Below are positions 49,161 to 58,180 of a stretch of DNA of 64,000 bases, piece after piece; positions within the stretch are counted from its first letter, which is position 1; every line of letters begins with the position of its first letter. The DNA is from Bacilli bacterium (lineage in GTDB: Bacteria > Bacillota_I > Bacilli_A > RF39 > UBA660): assembly GCA_046704245.1 (NCBI GenBank), contig JBJKSD010000001.1, forward strand, positions 2,993 to 66,992, given 5' to 3'. A model generated the notes under the pieces. That model saw nothing but the letters and a program-made list of their open reading frames with translations, was not told the origin of the DNA and did no database searches. The position numbers and the translations under genes were made by a program.

Positions 49161-51035
49161 ATGGCCATTACTAAAACTAAGTTTATTAATTATATTAGAT
49201 GCCCTTATTACTGTGTTTTAGATAAAATAAAAAAAGAACAATTAGATGCTGATATAAGTATTGACGAGTATAAAAAAGAAGAAAAAGAAGAGTTTATTGA
49301 ACAATATTTAAGTTCGATGTTTGATGATGAGGGGCAAGATATAATTGATATGGAAGATGAACAATTAAAAGTAATGATGCCATATTTTAATAGTATAGAA
49401 ACACTAGCAGGTCAATTAGCAGAACAAAAGTTTAATGGTACACCTAAATATTCAAAAGAAACTTTTAATCAAGAATCATTTGATGCTCTAATAGATGGTA
49501 TTAGATATCTATGTTATGTTGATATTTATAATGATCGTAAAGATGCCTTTGATATTATTGAAGTTAAAGCTACTACTCATAATAAATTTATGAAAGTAGG
49601 TAAGACCTATACTAACCATTTAGGTGAATTAGAAGTGGCGTCTATCTTTGTTAAAGACAAAGATAATATTTATCGTTTGCGTGAAGAGATAGAAAATAAT
49701 ATCTTTGATGACTTATTATCAGAACAAGATTATCTTAAACATAAGACTAAATTATTTAATAAGTATAATGAAGTGGGTCATTATATTTATGATTTGGCTG
49801 TTCAACGTTTTATCATTGAAAATGACTTAAAACAACATAACGAAGAACAAAAAATTAATAATATTAAATATTATTTAGCCGTTTTAAATAGTGATTATAT
49901 TTTTAATGGGGAATATGTTAATGATGAACCAATATATAATACTGATGAAAATGGTAACGATATTATTGTCTTCTTTGATTTAACTGAAGTAACAAAGGAT
50001 TATATGGACCAACTTAAATTAGATCAAAAAAGAATTGAGGGATACCTAAAAAATATGTCAATTAATGACTGTAAAGTAGGAGAATATTGTGAATTTAAGA
50101 AAACCACTAAATGTAAATTCATTCCAACCTGCTGGCATCATGTACCTAACAATAATTCTATCCTTTCTTATATCGATAATCATCATGGTTTTGTCGATGA
50201 AACTGGTTATAAACATAATCGATATGAATTAATTAATGATGGAAAAGTTAAAATGTTAGATATACCTGAAAGTTGGTTAACTAGAGAAAAGAATCGTATT
50301 CAAAGAGATATGGTTAGCCAGAATAAAACATATACTGATAGTGATAAAATAACTGCTGGTTTAAAACAAATAAGATATCCAATCTATCATCTTGATTTTG
50401 AAACTTTCCCTTGTCCTTTACCTCAACATAAAGGTGAAAAACCATATTCTCAGTCTGTTTTTCAATTCTCTCTACATATTGAAAGAGAACCAGGTATTTG
50501 TGACCAAGAAAAAGACCACTATCAGTTTTTAGCCCCAGATCATAAGGATCATCGTGAAGAATTAATAAAGAAATTAATTGAATATATTGATCCAGATCAT
50601 GGTTGTATTATGGTCTATAATGAATCTTTTGAAAAAACTAGACTTCGTGAATTAGGAGACATATTTCCTCAATATAAAAAGTCATTAGTTAAGATGGCTA
50701 ACATATTATTTGATTTATTATATTTAGTTAAAACGAATTCTACTTTCTATCAGAATTTAGGTTTTGATGAAGATCAAGCGAAGTTATTTAACTATTATCA
50801 TCCAGATCTAAATGGCTCTTTTTCGATTAAGAAAGTCTTACCTTTGTTTAGTAATTTAAATTATAAAAATCTAAATATTAGTAATGGGATGGATGCCTTA
50901 ATTACCTATGCTAGGTTTAATGAAATGTCTAAAGATGAATATAATAGTCAATATAAGGCCCTATTAGAATACTGTAAACAAGATACTTGGGCCATGGTAC
51001 AAATACTAAATGGATTACGAAACATAGTCAAATAG
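49161..51035 (+). CDS. DUF2779-like two-domain nuclease; N-terminal PD-(D/E)xK (RecB/Cas4-like) domain plus C-terminal DnaQ-like 3'-5' exonuclease fold
   Basis: N-terminal region: the C-P-Y-Y-C element (YIRCPYYCVL) and D...EVK in YVDIYNDRKDAFDIIEVKATT. C-terminal region: Exo I-like IYHLDFETF and downstream H/D-containing blocks. Confidence 0.45.
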   Translation: MAITKTKFINYIRCPYYCVLDKIKKEQLDADISIDEYKKEEKEEFIEQYLSSMFDDEGQDIIDMEDEQLKVMMPYFNSIETLAGQLAEQKFNGTPKYSKETFNQESFDALIDGIRYLCYVDIYNDRKDAFDIIEVKATTHNKFMKVGKTYTNHLGELEVASIFVKDKDNIYRLREEIENNIFDDLLSEQDYLKHKTKLFNKYNEVGHYIYDLAVQRFIIENDLKQHNEEQKINNIKYYLAVLNSDYIFNGEYVNDEPIYNTDENGNDIIVFFDLTEVTKDYMDQLKLDQKRIEGYLKNMSINDCKVGEYCEFKKTTKCKFIPTCWHHVPNNNSILSYIDNHHGFVDETGYKHNRYELINDGKVKMLDIPESWLTREKNRIQRDMVSQNKTYTDSDKITAGLKQIRYPIYHLDFETFPCPLPQHKGEKPYSQSVFQFSLHIEREPGICDQEKDHYQFLAPDHKDHREELIKKLIEYIDPDHGCIMVYNESFEKTRLRELGDIFPQYKKSLVKMANILFDLLYLVKTNSTFYQNLGFDEDQAKLFNYYHPDLNGSFSIKKVLPLFSNLNYKNLNISNGMDALITYARFNEMSKDEYNSQYKALLEYCKQDTWAMVQILNGLRNIVK

Positions 51036-51108
51036 TGTCTAATTTATGCAAAACAGTTGTATTATTAGTAATTTTGAGATATTATCAAAATAGGAGAGTG
51101 ATAACAAT

Positions 51109-51303
51109 ATGATTTATCCATCAATTGATAAATTACTAAATATTGTTGATTCCAAGTATAAATTAGTACACTTGGTAGCGAAGCGTTCAAGGCAAATATA
51201 TGAGACTAAACAGCTTCAAAAGCCTGAAAATAGATATGTTTCAAAAAGGAATATCGGTAGAGCACTAGAAGAAATAGCTGAAGGCTTGATACACGTTAAA
51301 TAA
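51109..51303 (+). CDS. rpoZ: DNA-directed RNA polymerase subunit omega
   Basis: [30 protein letters not shown] parallels B. subtilis RpoZ [30 protein letters not shown]. Confidence 0.8.
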   Translation: MIYPSIDKLLNIVDSKYKLVHLVAKRSRQIYETKQLQKPENRYVSKRNIGRALEEIAEGLIHVK

Positions 51304-51342
51304 TGGTATCAAGTTTTTTAATATCCTGAAAAGAGGTATAAG

Positions 51343-52080
51343 ATGAAAATAGAACAACTAAAAAAATTAAGTGGTGGTAGATACCAATTAATATTATCTA
51401 ATGGGCACAAACTAACTTTATATGAAGATATTGTTATTAAATATAATCTATTACCTAATAAAGAATTAGATGCTAGTATAATAAATGGTATTGAAAATGA
51501 TAATTTATATGCTACTAGTTATAATTTAGCGTTAAAATATTTAGCTATTAGATTACGCAGTGAATATGAAATAAAACAATATTTAATTAGAAAAGGTATC
51601 GATAATAAAATAATAGTTGATACTATTAATAGATTACAAGATCAAGGTTATATCAACGATGAGTTATTTGTTAAAGCTTTTATTAACGATAAGATTCTAA
51701 TGACTAATTGGGGTCCATATAAAATACAAAATGAATTAGAAAAGTATGGTGTTAAATATTATGGAAATATTAATGAGTTAATTAGTAGTGATATATTAGA
51801 TAATAGAATTAAAAAAATAATTAATAAATTAGTAGCTACTAATAAAGCTAATTCTACTAATATGTTAAAGAATAAAATCTTAAGTTATCTTATTAATTTA
51901 GGTTATAGTAAAGAATCAGTAATTGATTATATTGAAGATATTAAAGTGCAGGATGAAGAAGCTAGATATAAGAAAGAGTATGATAAACTATATAAAAAAT
52001 ATAAAAATAAATATGATAGTAAACAACTAGATAGAATAATTAAACATAAATTATATCAAAAGGGCTTTACTAATAATTAA
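51343..52080 (+). CDS. recX: RecX-like regulatory protein
   Basis: Three-helix repeat architecture (YALKYLAIRLRSEYEIKQYLIRKG; ...LQDQGYINDELFVKAFI...). 245 aa. Confidence 0.5.
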   Translation: MKIEQLKKLSGGRYQLILSNGHKLTLYEDIVIKYNLLPNKELDASIINGIENDNLYATSYNLALKYLAIRLRSEYEIKQYLIRKGIDNKIIVDTINRLQDQGYINDELFVKAFINDKILMTNWGPYKIQNELEKYGVKYYGNINELISSDILDNRIKKIINKLVATNKANSTNMLKNKILSYLINLGYSKESVIDYIEDIKVQDEEARYKKEYDKLYKKYKNKYDSKQLDRIIKHKLYQKGFTNN

Positions 52081-52101
52081 AAAAAGATCTTAACAGATCT
52101 T

Positions 52102-53088
52102 TTATTGTTGGGTTTGAGTTTGAGGTGTTAATAATTCATCCATGTATGTATCATATTGTTTTTTTAATTCCGAATCATATATTTTTAATTTATTATCTTT
52201 TCTTAATTCAATTAAAGCTTTAGTTTGTAAGGTACTATCTTTGGTTAATTTTTCACTGACTAAAGTATCAACGATAGTAGATTTAACAGTTTTTAATGCT
52301 GGTTTATCTTTTAACCCAGTCTTTAATATAATATGATAACCATATGTTGATTTAACTGGTGTAGTAGTATATTTATTCATTTTTAAATTATATACCGCTG
52401 TTTCAAACGCTGGATCCATAGTCCCTTTATTAAAATATCCTAAATCTCCACCTTTATCAGCATTGCTCTTATCATCTGAATATTTCTTAGCAAGATCAGC
52501 AAACTTTTCGCCATTATTTAATTTCTTAATAATATCTTTAGCTAAATTTAAAGCTTCTGTTTCTTTCTTAGTTTTATCTTCGTCAGTCATATCATCAGTT
52601 ACATCTGGTTTGATTAAAATATGGCTAGCTTTAATATCACCAACTATTTTATCATCATAATATTTATTTATTTCCTTATCAGTAACTAGTGTCTTAACAT
52701 AGGCATTAACGGCTTCGGTTCTTTGTTGTTCTCTTATTAATATAGCTTCTAATTCTTCTTCACTATTAGCTCCATAATAATATTTAATAGCTTCCAAGAA
52801 TTGATCTCCTGTTTGACTTTTTATATATTCAATCTGGCTATTAACAGCTTGTTTCATATTGTCATCTACTTTATATTTTTTATCTAAGATAGCAGTATCA
52901 ATCAGATCTATTAAAACGTTACGAGCATATCTTACCTTAACTTGTTCATATAAATCCTCGATTGTAATTTTTTTACCACTTGTTTCAGCCACTACCTCTT
53001 TACCATTAGATAGCTTAGCTTTATATCCACACCCTGTTACTAATAATAAGGTCATTCCTATACACAATAGTATCTTTATGTTCTTCAT
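52102..53088 (-). CDS. prsA: Foldase lipoprotein PrsA (parvulin-type PPIase)
   Basis: Lipobox LLVTGCG, SurA-N-like domain and parvulin domain (ASHILIK...GGDLGYF). Confidence 0.85.
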   Translation of the reverse strand: MKNIKILLCIGMTLLLVTGCGYKAKLSNGKEVVAETSGKKITIEDLYEQVKVRYARNVLIDLIDTAILDKKYKVDDNMKQAVNSQIEYIKSQTGDQFLEAIKYYYGANSEEELEAILIREQQRTEAVNAYVKTLVTDKEINKYYDDKIVGDIKASHILIKPDVTDDMTDEDKTKKETEALNLAKDIIKKLNNGEKFADLAKKYSDDKSNADKGGDLGYFNKGTMDPAFETAVYNLKMNKYTTTPVKSTYGYHIILKTGLKDKPALKTVKSTIVDTLVSEKLTKDSTLQTKALIELRKDNKLKIYDSELKKQYDTYMDELLTPQTQTQQ

Positions 53089-53163
53089 TTTAATCCTCCT
53101 TGTAAAACTACAATTATAATATCAGAAATGAAAAAAAAACACAAGAAATAGTGATAAGCATTC

Positions 53164-53191
53164 ACACATTGTGTAATTTCTCCATAAAATA
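53164..53191 (+). promoter_or_regulatory. Putative sigmaK-type mother-cell promoter
   Basis: AC, a 17-nt spacer, then CATAAAATA matches AC-(16-17)-CATAnnnTA. It lies about 30 nt upstream of the first micro-ORF's ribosome-binding site. Confidence 0.3.
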
Positions 53192-53222
53192 TGGTGAGAA
53201 TAAAAAAAGGAGGAATGATTTT

Positions 53223-53309
53223 ATGCCTACCGGAGCATATGGATCTGGAGCAGCAATTATCCTAGTTCTATTTATATTATTGGTTATTATACTTGGTGCT
53301 TGCATTTAA
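53223..53309 (+). CDS. YjcZ-like sporulation micro-protein (28 aa)
   Basis: MPTGAYGSGAAIILVLFILLVIILGACI has a Gly-rich N-terminus and a single transmembrane helix, like YjcZ-family peptides. AGGAGGAA ribosome-binding site. Confidence 0.5.
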   Translation: MPTGAYGSGAAIILVLFILLVIILGACI

Positions 53310-53320
53310 GGAGGTAATAT

Positions 53321-53425
53321 ATGACAACCAGTCCTGGACTTGTTCCACTTAATAGAGGATATTTAGTTATATTAGTATTATATATCCTATTAGCAATTAT
53401 TTTTTGTACAGCTTTAATATACTAA
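53321..53425 (+). CDS. Second YjcZ-like micro-protein (34 aa)
   Basis: MTTSPGLVPLNRGYLVILVLYILLAIIFCTALIY. AAGGAGG ribosome-binding site 7 nt upstream. In tandem with the first micro-ORF. Confidence 0.45.
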   Translation: MTTSPGLVPLNRGYLVILVLYILLAIIFCTALIY

Positions 53426-53489
53426 TAAAAATAAAAGGAAAGATTTATTCTTTCTTTTGTTTTTGTTATAATTAATTTATGGTGATAAT

Positions 53490-53768
53490 ATGAACTATAA
53501 ATTAAAAGATGGTACAGTTAGAGATATAATTACTATGCAAGAAGATAAAGATAGATGCCTATATAAACATTTTAAAGGTAATGTTTATCGAGTATTATAT
53601 ATAGGTAAACACTCTGAAACTTTAGATACTTATGTCATATATCAATCATTAGATAATGAAAAAGATATATGGATAAGGCCTATCGATATGTTTTTAAGTA
53701 AAGTAGATAAAGCTAAATATCCTAATGTTAAACAAGAATATCGTTTTGAACAAATAAAAAATATATAG
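53490..53768 (+). CDS. DUF1653 family protein
   Basis: YKHFKGNVYRVLYIGKHSETLDTYVIYQS matches the DUF1653 core. Confidence 0.55.
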   Translation: MNYKLKDGTVRDIITMQEDKDRCLYKHFKGNVYRVLYIGKHSETLDTYVIYQSLDNEKDIWIRPIDMFLSKVDKAKYPNVKQEYRFEQIKNI

Positions 53769-53772
53769 AAAT

Positions 53773-54171
53773 CTATATATTTTTTATTAACATATTTTTA
53801 ACCGCTTCTAATGGCATCTTATTGGGATTAACATAAGTAGGTTCTAACTTTTTATCTTCACTACATCTAGGTATTATATGCATATGAAAGTGTTTAATAT
53901 CTTGACTACAACCATTGTTTTGAACTAATGTAACACCTTCAGCTTTAAATGTTTTAATTAATAGGGCATACATCTTTCGACATATCTCTAGCATATGAAT
54001 AATAATATCATTATCGATATCATTAATATCAGTATAATGTTTCTTTGGAGCAATTAACATATGACCATTAACGTTAGGATTAATATCTAAAAAGACAATA
54101 ACAATATCATCTTCATAAATAGTATATGAAGGTACTTCACCACTAATAATCTTACAAAATAGACAATCCAT
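53773..54171 (-). CDS. HIT family hydrolase
   Basis: MDCLFCKIISGEVPS and the histidine triad HFHMHIIPR. Confidence 0.85.
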   Translation of the reverse strand: MDCLFCKIISGEVPSYTIYEDDIVIVFLDINPNVNGHMLIAPKKHYTDINDIDNDIIIHMLEICRKMYALLIKTFKAEGVTLVQNNGCSQDIKHFHMHIIPRCSEDKKLEPTYVNPNKMPLEAVKNMLIKNI

Positions 54172-54328
54172 TTTATCATCTCCTAATTATATTGTATCAA
54201 AAATAAAAAACGCATTAAAGCGTTTTTTAGTGAATATGCGAATATTCATTTATGTTATGCACAATTTCATGATAAAATATACGAATTATTGAACCTTTTA
54301 TGTTAAAATAGATATGGGAAGTGATAGT

Positions 54329-55081
54329 ATGTCATTATTAAAGATTAAAAATTTAAGTGTTAAAGTAAATGATAAAACTATTTTAAGTGATTTTAATATA
54401 GATATTAATCCTCAAGAAATACATGTTGTTATGGGACCTAATGGGGTTGGTAAATCAACTTTATCTAAGACTATTATGGGTAGTAGTGAATGTGAAATAG
54501 TAAATGGGGGAATTATTTATCAAGATGAGAAGATAAATAACATGCCAGTCGAAGAACGCAGTCGTAAAGGCATCTTTTTAGCAATGCAATATCCTATTGA
54601 TATTGAAGGTGTAAGTAATAGTGAATTTTTAAAGGTAGCATTAAGTAGTAAATTAAATAAAAATGTTGGTCTATATGAGTTTATTAAGAAGATGGATAAG
54701 AATATTAATGATTTAAATATGGATGACAATATGGTTCATCGTTCAGTTAATAAAGGTTTCTCTGGTGGTGAACGAAAAAAGAACGAAATATTACAATTAA
54801 AAATATTAGAACCAACTATGATTATCTTAGATGAAATAGATTCTGGTTTAGATGTCGATAGTTTAAAAACGGTAGGTCAAAATATTATGGATTATTTTGA
54901 ACATAACGATAATAGGGCTAGTATTTTAATTATTACTCACTATCCACGTATTCTTGAATATATTAAACCAGATTATGTTCATATTATGTTAAATGGTAAG
55001 ATTGTAAAAACTGGTGATTATACTCTAGCTTTAGAAGTAGAACATAAAGGTTATGATTTTATTAAAGAAGAATTAAAATAA
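54329..55081 (+). CDS. sufC: Fe-S cluster assembly ATPase SufC
   Basis: GPNGVGKST Walker A, ABC signature FSGGERKK and Walker B ILDEIDSGLD. Confidence 0.9.
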   Translation: MSLLKIKNLSVKVNDKTILSDFNIDINPQEIHVVMGPNGVGKSTLSKTIMGSSECEIVNGGIIYQDEKINNMPVEERSRKGIFLAMQYPIDIEGVSNSEFLKVALSSKLNKNVGLYEFIKKMDKNINDLNMDDNMVHRSVNKGFSGGERKKNEILQLKILEPTMIILDEIDSGLDVDSLKTVGQNIMDYFEHNDNRASILIITHYPRILEYIKPDYVHIMLNGKIVKTGDYTLALEVEHKGYDFIKEELK

Positions 55082-55096
55082 GATAGGATAATTATT

Positions 55097-55894
55097 ATGG
55101 ATAAAATAAAAATAATTGATAATCAAATAATCGATAATAATAACAACATTATTATTAATGATTATAATAAACTACCATTAAATATGGATAAAGATAGTTT
55201 ATTTATCTATATTCCTAATGATACAGAATTAATATTAGATGCTTCCTTTAATAGTAAACATCAAAATATTATTATTTTAATTGATAAGAATAGTAAAGTT
55301 AAATTATTTGAAGATAAATATGGTAATAATTTAGTAGGTAATATTAAATATATCTTATTAGATAACACTCATTTAATTATCAATAAATATTGTCATGCTA
55401 TTAATTTAGAAGAAAATATTGATATTGAATTAAATGGTATTGGTGCTAAAATAGAATATTATTTTTCAACTATTAGTGAAACTAATAAAAATTATAATAT
55501 TAATATTTATCATCATAATAAGCAAACTAATAGTAATATTATCTGTCATGGTATTAGTTTAGATAATGCTATCTTAACTTTAAATCTTAATGGTTATATT
55601 GATAAAGGTCAAAGTGGATCAATTATCAATCAAGATAGTAAAATAATAGTTTTAGGTGATAATAAGTCAACTATTAATCCCAAATTATATATAAATGAAA
55701 ATGATGTAGAAGCTAAACATTCAGCCGTTATTGGAAGGTTTAGTGATAAAGATTTATTTTATTTGAAATCTAGAGGTATAGATGAAAAGATAGCTACTAG
55801 AATGTTAGCTAAAGGTTTTCTATTAGGGATATTAGAGATGCCAGAAGCTAAAAATTTTGATATATTAAGAAATATAGATACTTATTGGGAGTGA
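55097..55894 (+). CDS. sufD: Fe-S cluster assembly protein SufD, short form (265 aa)
   Basis: SufBD-fold C-terminal region (GRFSDKDLFYLKSRGIDEKIATRMLAKGF). Positioned between sufC and sufS. Confidence 0.7.
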   Translation: MDKIKIIDNQIIDNNNNIIINDYNKLPLNMDKDSLFIYIPNDTELILDASFNSKHQNIIILIDKNSKVKLFEDKYGNNLVGNIKYILLDNTHLIINKYCHAINLEENIDIELNGIGAKIEYYFSTISETNKNYNINIYHHNKQTNSNIICHGISLDNAILTLNLNGYIDKGQSGSIINQDSKIIVLGDNKSTINPKLYINENDVEAKHSAVIGRFSDKDLFYLKSRGIDEKIATRMLAKGFLLGILEMPEAKNFDILRNIDTYWE

Positions 55895-55900
55895 TTATAT

Positions 55901-57100
55901 ATGGATGTTAGAAAAGATTTTCCATTATTAAAGAATAATATTATTTATTTTGATAATGGAGCTACTACTTTAAAACCACAATGTGTTATTGATGCAATAG
56001 TTGATTATTATAGTAATTATTCAGCTAATGCTCATCGTGGTGACTATAGTATCAGTCATAAAGTAGATACTATGTATGAAGGAACTAGAGATAAAGTAAA
56101 ACACTTTATCAATGCTCAAGATACTAAAGAAATAATCTTTACTAAAGGTAGTACTGAAGCTTTAAATATGATTGTCTTTGGTTTCTTTAAGCATTATCTA
56201 AAGAAAGATGATGAAATATTACTAACTAAGAGTGAACATGCTTCTAATGTTTTACCTTGGTTTGAATTATGTAAAGAAATAGGATGTAAAATAAAATATA
56301 TTGAAATGGATGATTATGCCCATATTACTATACCTAATATTGAAAAGGCCATAACCGATAAAACTAAAGTTATATCGCTAGCTCATATTGCTAATGTTGT
56401 AGGAGATATTAGACCAATAAAAGCTATCAGTGAATATGCTCACACTAAAAATATATTATTAGTAGTAGATGCATCCCAAAGTGCTGGGCATATGAAATTA
56501 GATGTCTGTGATTTAGATGTTGATTTCTTAACTTTCTCTGGCCATAAAATGTGTGGACCTACTGGTATTGGTATTCTATATGGTAAATATACTTATTTAA
56601 ATCAAATGAAACCAGTAGAATATGGTGGAGGAATGAATGCTATATTTGATGTTAGTGGTCTTGCTGAATATAAAGATCTACCTCATCGTTTAGAAGCCGG
56701 TACTCCTAATATAGCAGGGGTCATTGGATTAGGTGCTGCTATCGATTATTTAACTAGTATTGGTATGGATAATATTACTGAACATGAACAAGCATTAAAA
56801 GATTATGCTATTGAACAATTAAGTAGTATCGATAATGTTATTTTATATAACAAGCATACCGATAGTGGTATTATTGCTTTTAATCTTAAAGATGTTTTTA
56901 GTCAGGATACCGCTTTATATTTAGATCAATATAATATCTGTGTTAGAGCAGGGCACCATTGTGCTAAGATTTTAAAAGATGAGTTTAATACTAAAAATAC
57001 TTGTCGCATTAGTTTTTATTTATATAATACTAAAGAAGAAATAGATAAATTAATAGATGTTTTAAAAAATAGTAAAGATATATTTAAAACATTAGTATAG
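55901..57100 (+). CDS. sufS: Cysteine desulfurase SufS
   Basis: PLP-dependent class V aminotransferase. FSGHKMCGPTGIGILYG (PLP lysine) and RAGHHCA (catalytic cysteine). Confidence 0.9.
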   Translation: MDVRKDFPLLKNNIIYFDNGATTLKPQCVIDAIVDYYSNYSANAHRGDYSISHKVDTMYEGTRDKVKHFINAQDTKEIIFTKGSTEALNMIVFGFFKHYLKKDDEILLTKSEHASNVLPWFELCKEIGCKIKYIEMDDYAHITIPNIEKAITDKTKVISLAHIANVVGDIRPIKAISEYAHTKNILLVVDASQSAGHMKLDVCDLDVDFLTFSGHKMCGPTGIGILYGKYTYLNQMKPVEYGGGMNAIFDVSGLAEYKDLPHRLEAGTPNIAGVIGLGAAIDYLTSIGMDNITEHEQALKDYAIEQLSSIDNVILYNKHTDSGIIAFNLKDVFSQDTALYLDQYNICVRAGHHCAKILKDEFNTKNTCRISFYLYNTKEEIDKLIDVLKNSKDIFKTLV

Positions 57101-57109
57101 GAGGTCATT

Positions 57110-57523
57110 ATGGATCCTAATATGAAAAGATCAATTATCTTAGAACATTATCAAAATCCTATTAATAAAGGTTTAATAGATGATAATTCATATAAAATAG
57201 CTAATATGAATAATGAATCATGTATTGATGAAATAAATATGATGGCTAAAATAGAAGATGGTATTATTAAAGATATTAGATTTGATGGTGAAGCTTGTGC
57301 TATCTCTACATCAGCTACTTCTATTATGATTAAATTGTTAATAGGTAAAACAATTGAAGAAGCTAAAGAAATAATTAGAAATTATAATAATATGATTAAT
57401 GAACAACCATATAATAAAGATATTTTGGGTGAAGCTATTGTCTATGATGAAATATCTAAACAACCTAATCGAATTAAATGTGCTCTATTACCTTGGGACT
57501 GTATTACCAAAATAATTGATTAA
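57110..57523 (+). CDS. sufU: Zinc-dependent sulfurtransferase SufU
   Basis: NifU-like N-terminal domain: ESCIDEI, GEACAISTSATS and C at the end (LPWDC). Confidence 0.85.
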   Translation: MDPNMKRSIILEHYQNPINKGLIDDNSYKIANMNNESCIDEINMMAKIEDGIIKDIRFDGEACAISTSATSIMIKLLIGKTIEEAKEIIRNYNNMINEQPYNKDILGEAIVYDEISKQPNRIKCALLPWDCITKIID

Positions 57524-58123
57524 ATGTTAAAGATGTTGTATAATAGCAAGCCATTGGAAGTGAATATTGTGGAAAATATTAAAGTAAATCAATTAATACT
57601 AGCTAAACTTTCTACCCTAAATAGTAAAGAAGAGTATATGCGTCCTATATTAATGGGAAATAGACGTTCAGATGATCCTGGATTTTATTTTTGGGGTTAT
57701 GTTATAGGAGTAATCGATGAAGATAAGAAATATTTTGTTGATCGATTAACAGGTATCAAACTTCCTGTAATTATACGTGATAAACAAAATATTAATTTCT
57801 TAAAGAATGCTACTGATGGTTATGTCTATGTTTATGATTTAAAAAATCCATGTACTTTATTTGATGAAATAGCTGTGATGGGAAATTATGAAGTAACCGA
57901 TATAGTATTAAAAGAAATATATGATATTTTATATAACAATCACTATCCTCATATATCTCATCCTTCAATTAAAAGAGCTATATGTGAAAGATATCCATTT
58001 GAACCATTTATCTCTGGACTGGGGATGCAAGGTAATGTAGTTGTTAATGGCAATCAAAATCAAGCAGTAGTAGTTAACCTTAAAGATTATAAAGAAGCCA
58101 AAGTTAAAGTAAGAACTAGTTAA
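57524..58123 (+). CDS. Hypothetical 199-aa protein inserted between sufU and sufB
   Basis: The ATG directly abuts the sufU stop (TAAATG). I recognise no domain. It is followed by its own terminator. Confidence 0.5.
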   Translation: MLKMLYNSKPLEVNIVENIKVNQLILAKLSTLNSKEEYMRPILMGNRRSDDPGFYFWGYVIGVIDEDKKYFVDRLTGIKLPVIIRDKQNINFLKNATDGYVYVYDLKNPCTLFDEIAVMGNYEVTDIVLKEIYDILYNNHYPHISHPSIKRAICERYPFEPFISGLGMQGNVVVNGNQNQAVVVNLKDYKEAKVKVRTS

Positions 58124-58139
58124 TAGTTCTTTTTCTTTA
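58112..58139 (+). terminator. Rho-independent terminator inside the suf cluster, before sufB
   Basis: AGAACTA-gttaa-TAGTTCT plus TTTTCTTT. The stop codon of the 199-aa gene lies in the loop. Confidence 0.6.
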
Positions 58140-58180
58140 GCCTAAAATAAAGTATAATAAGGTTAGATCGTGGTGATAAG

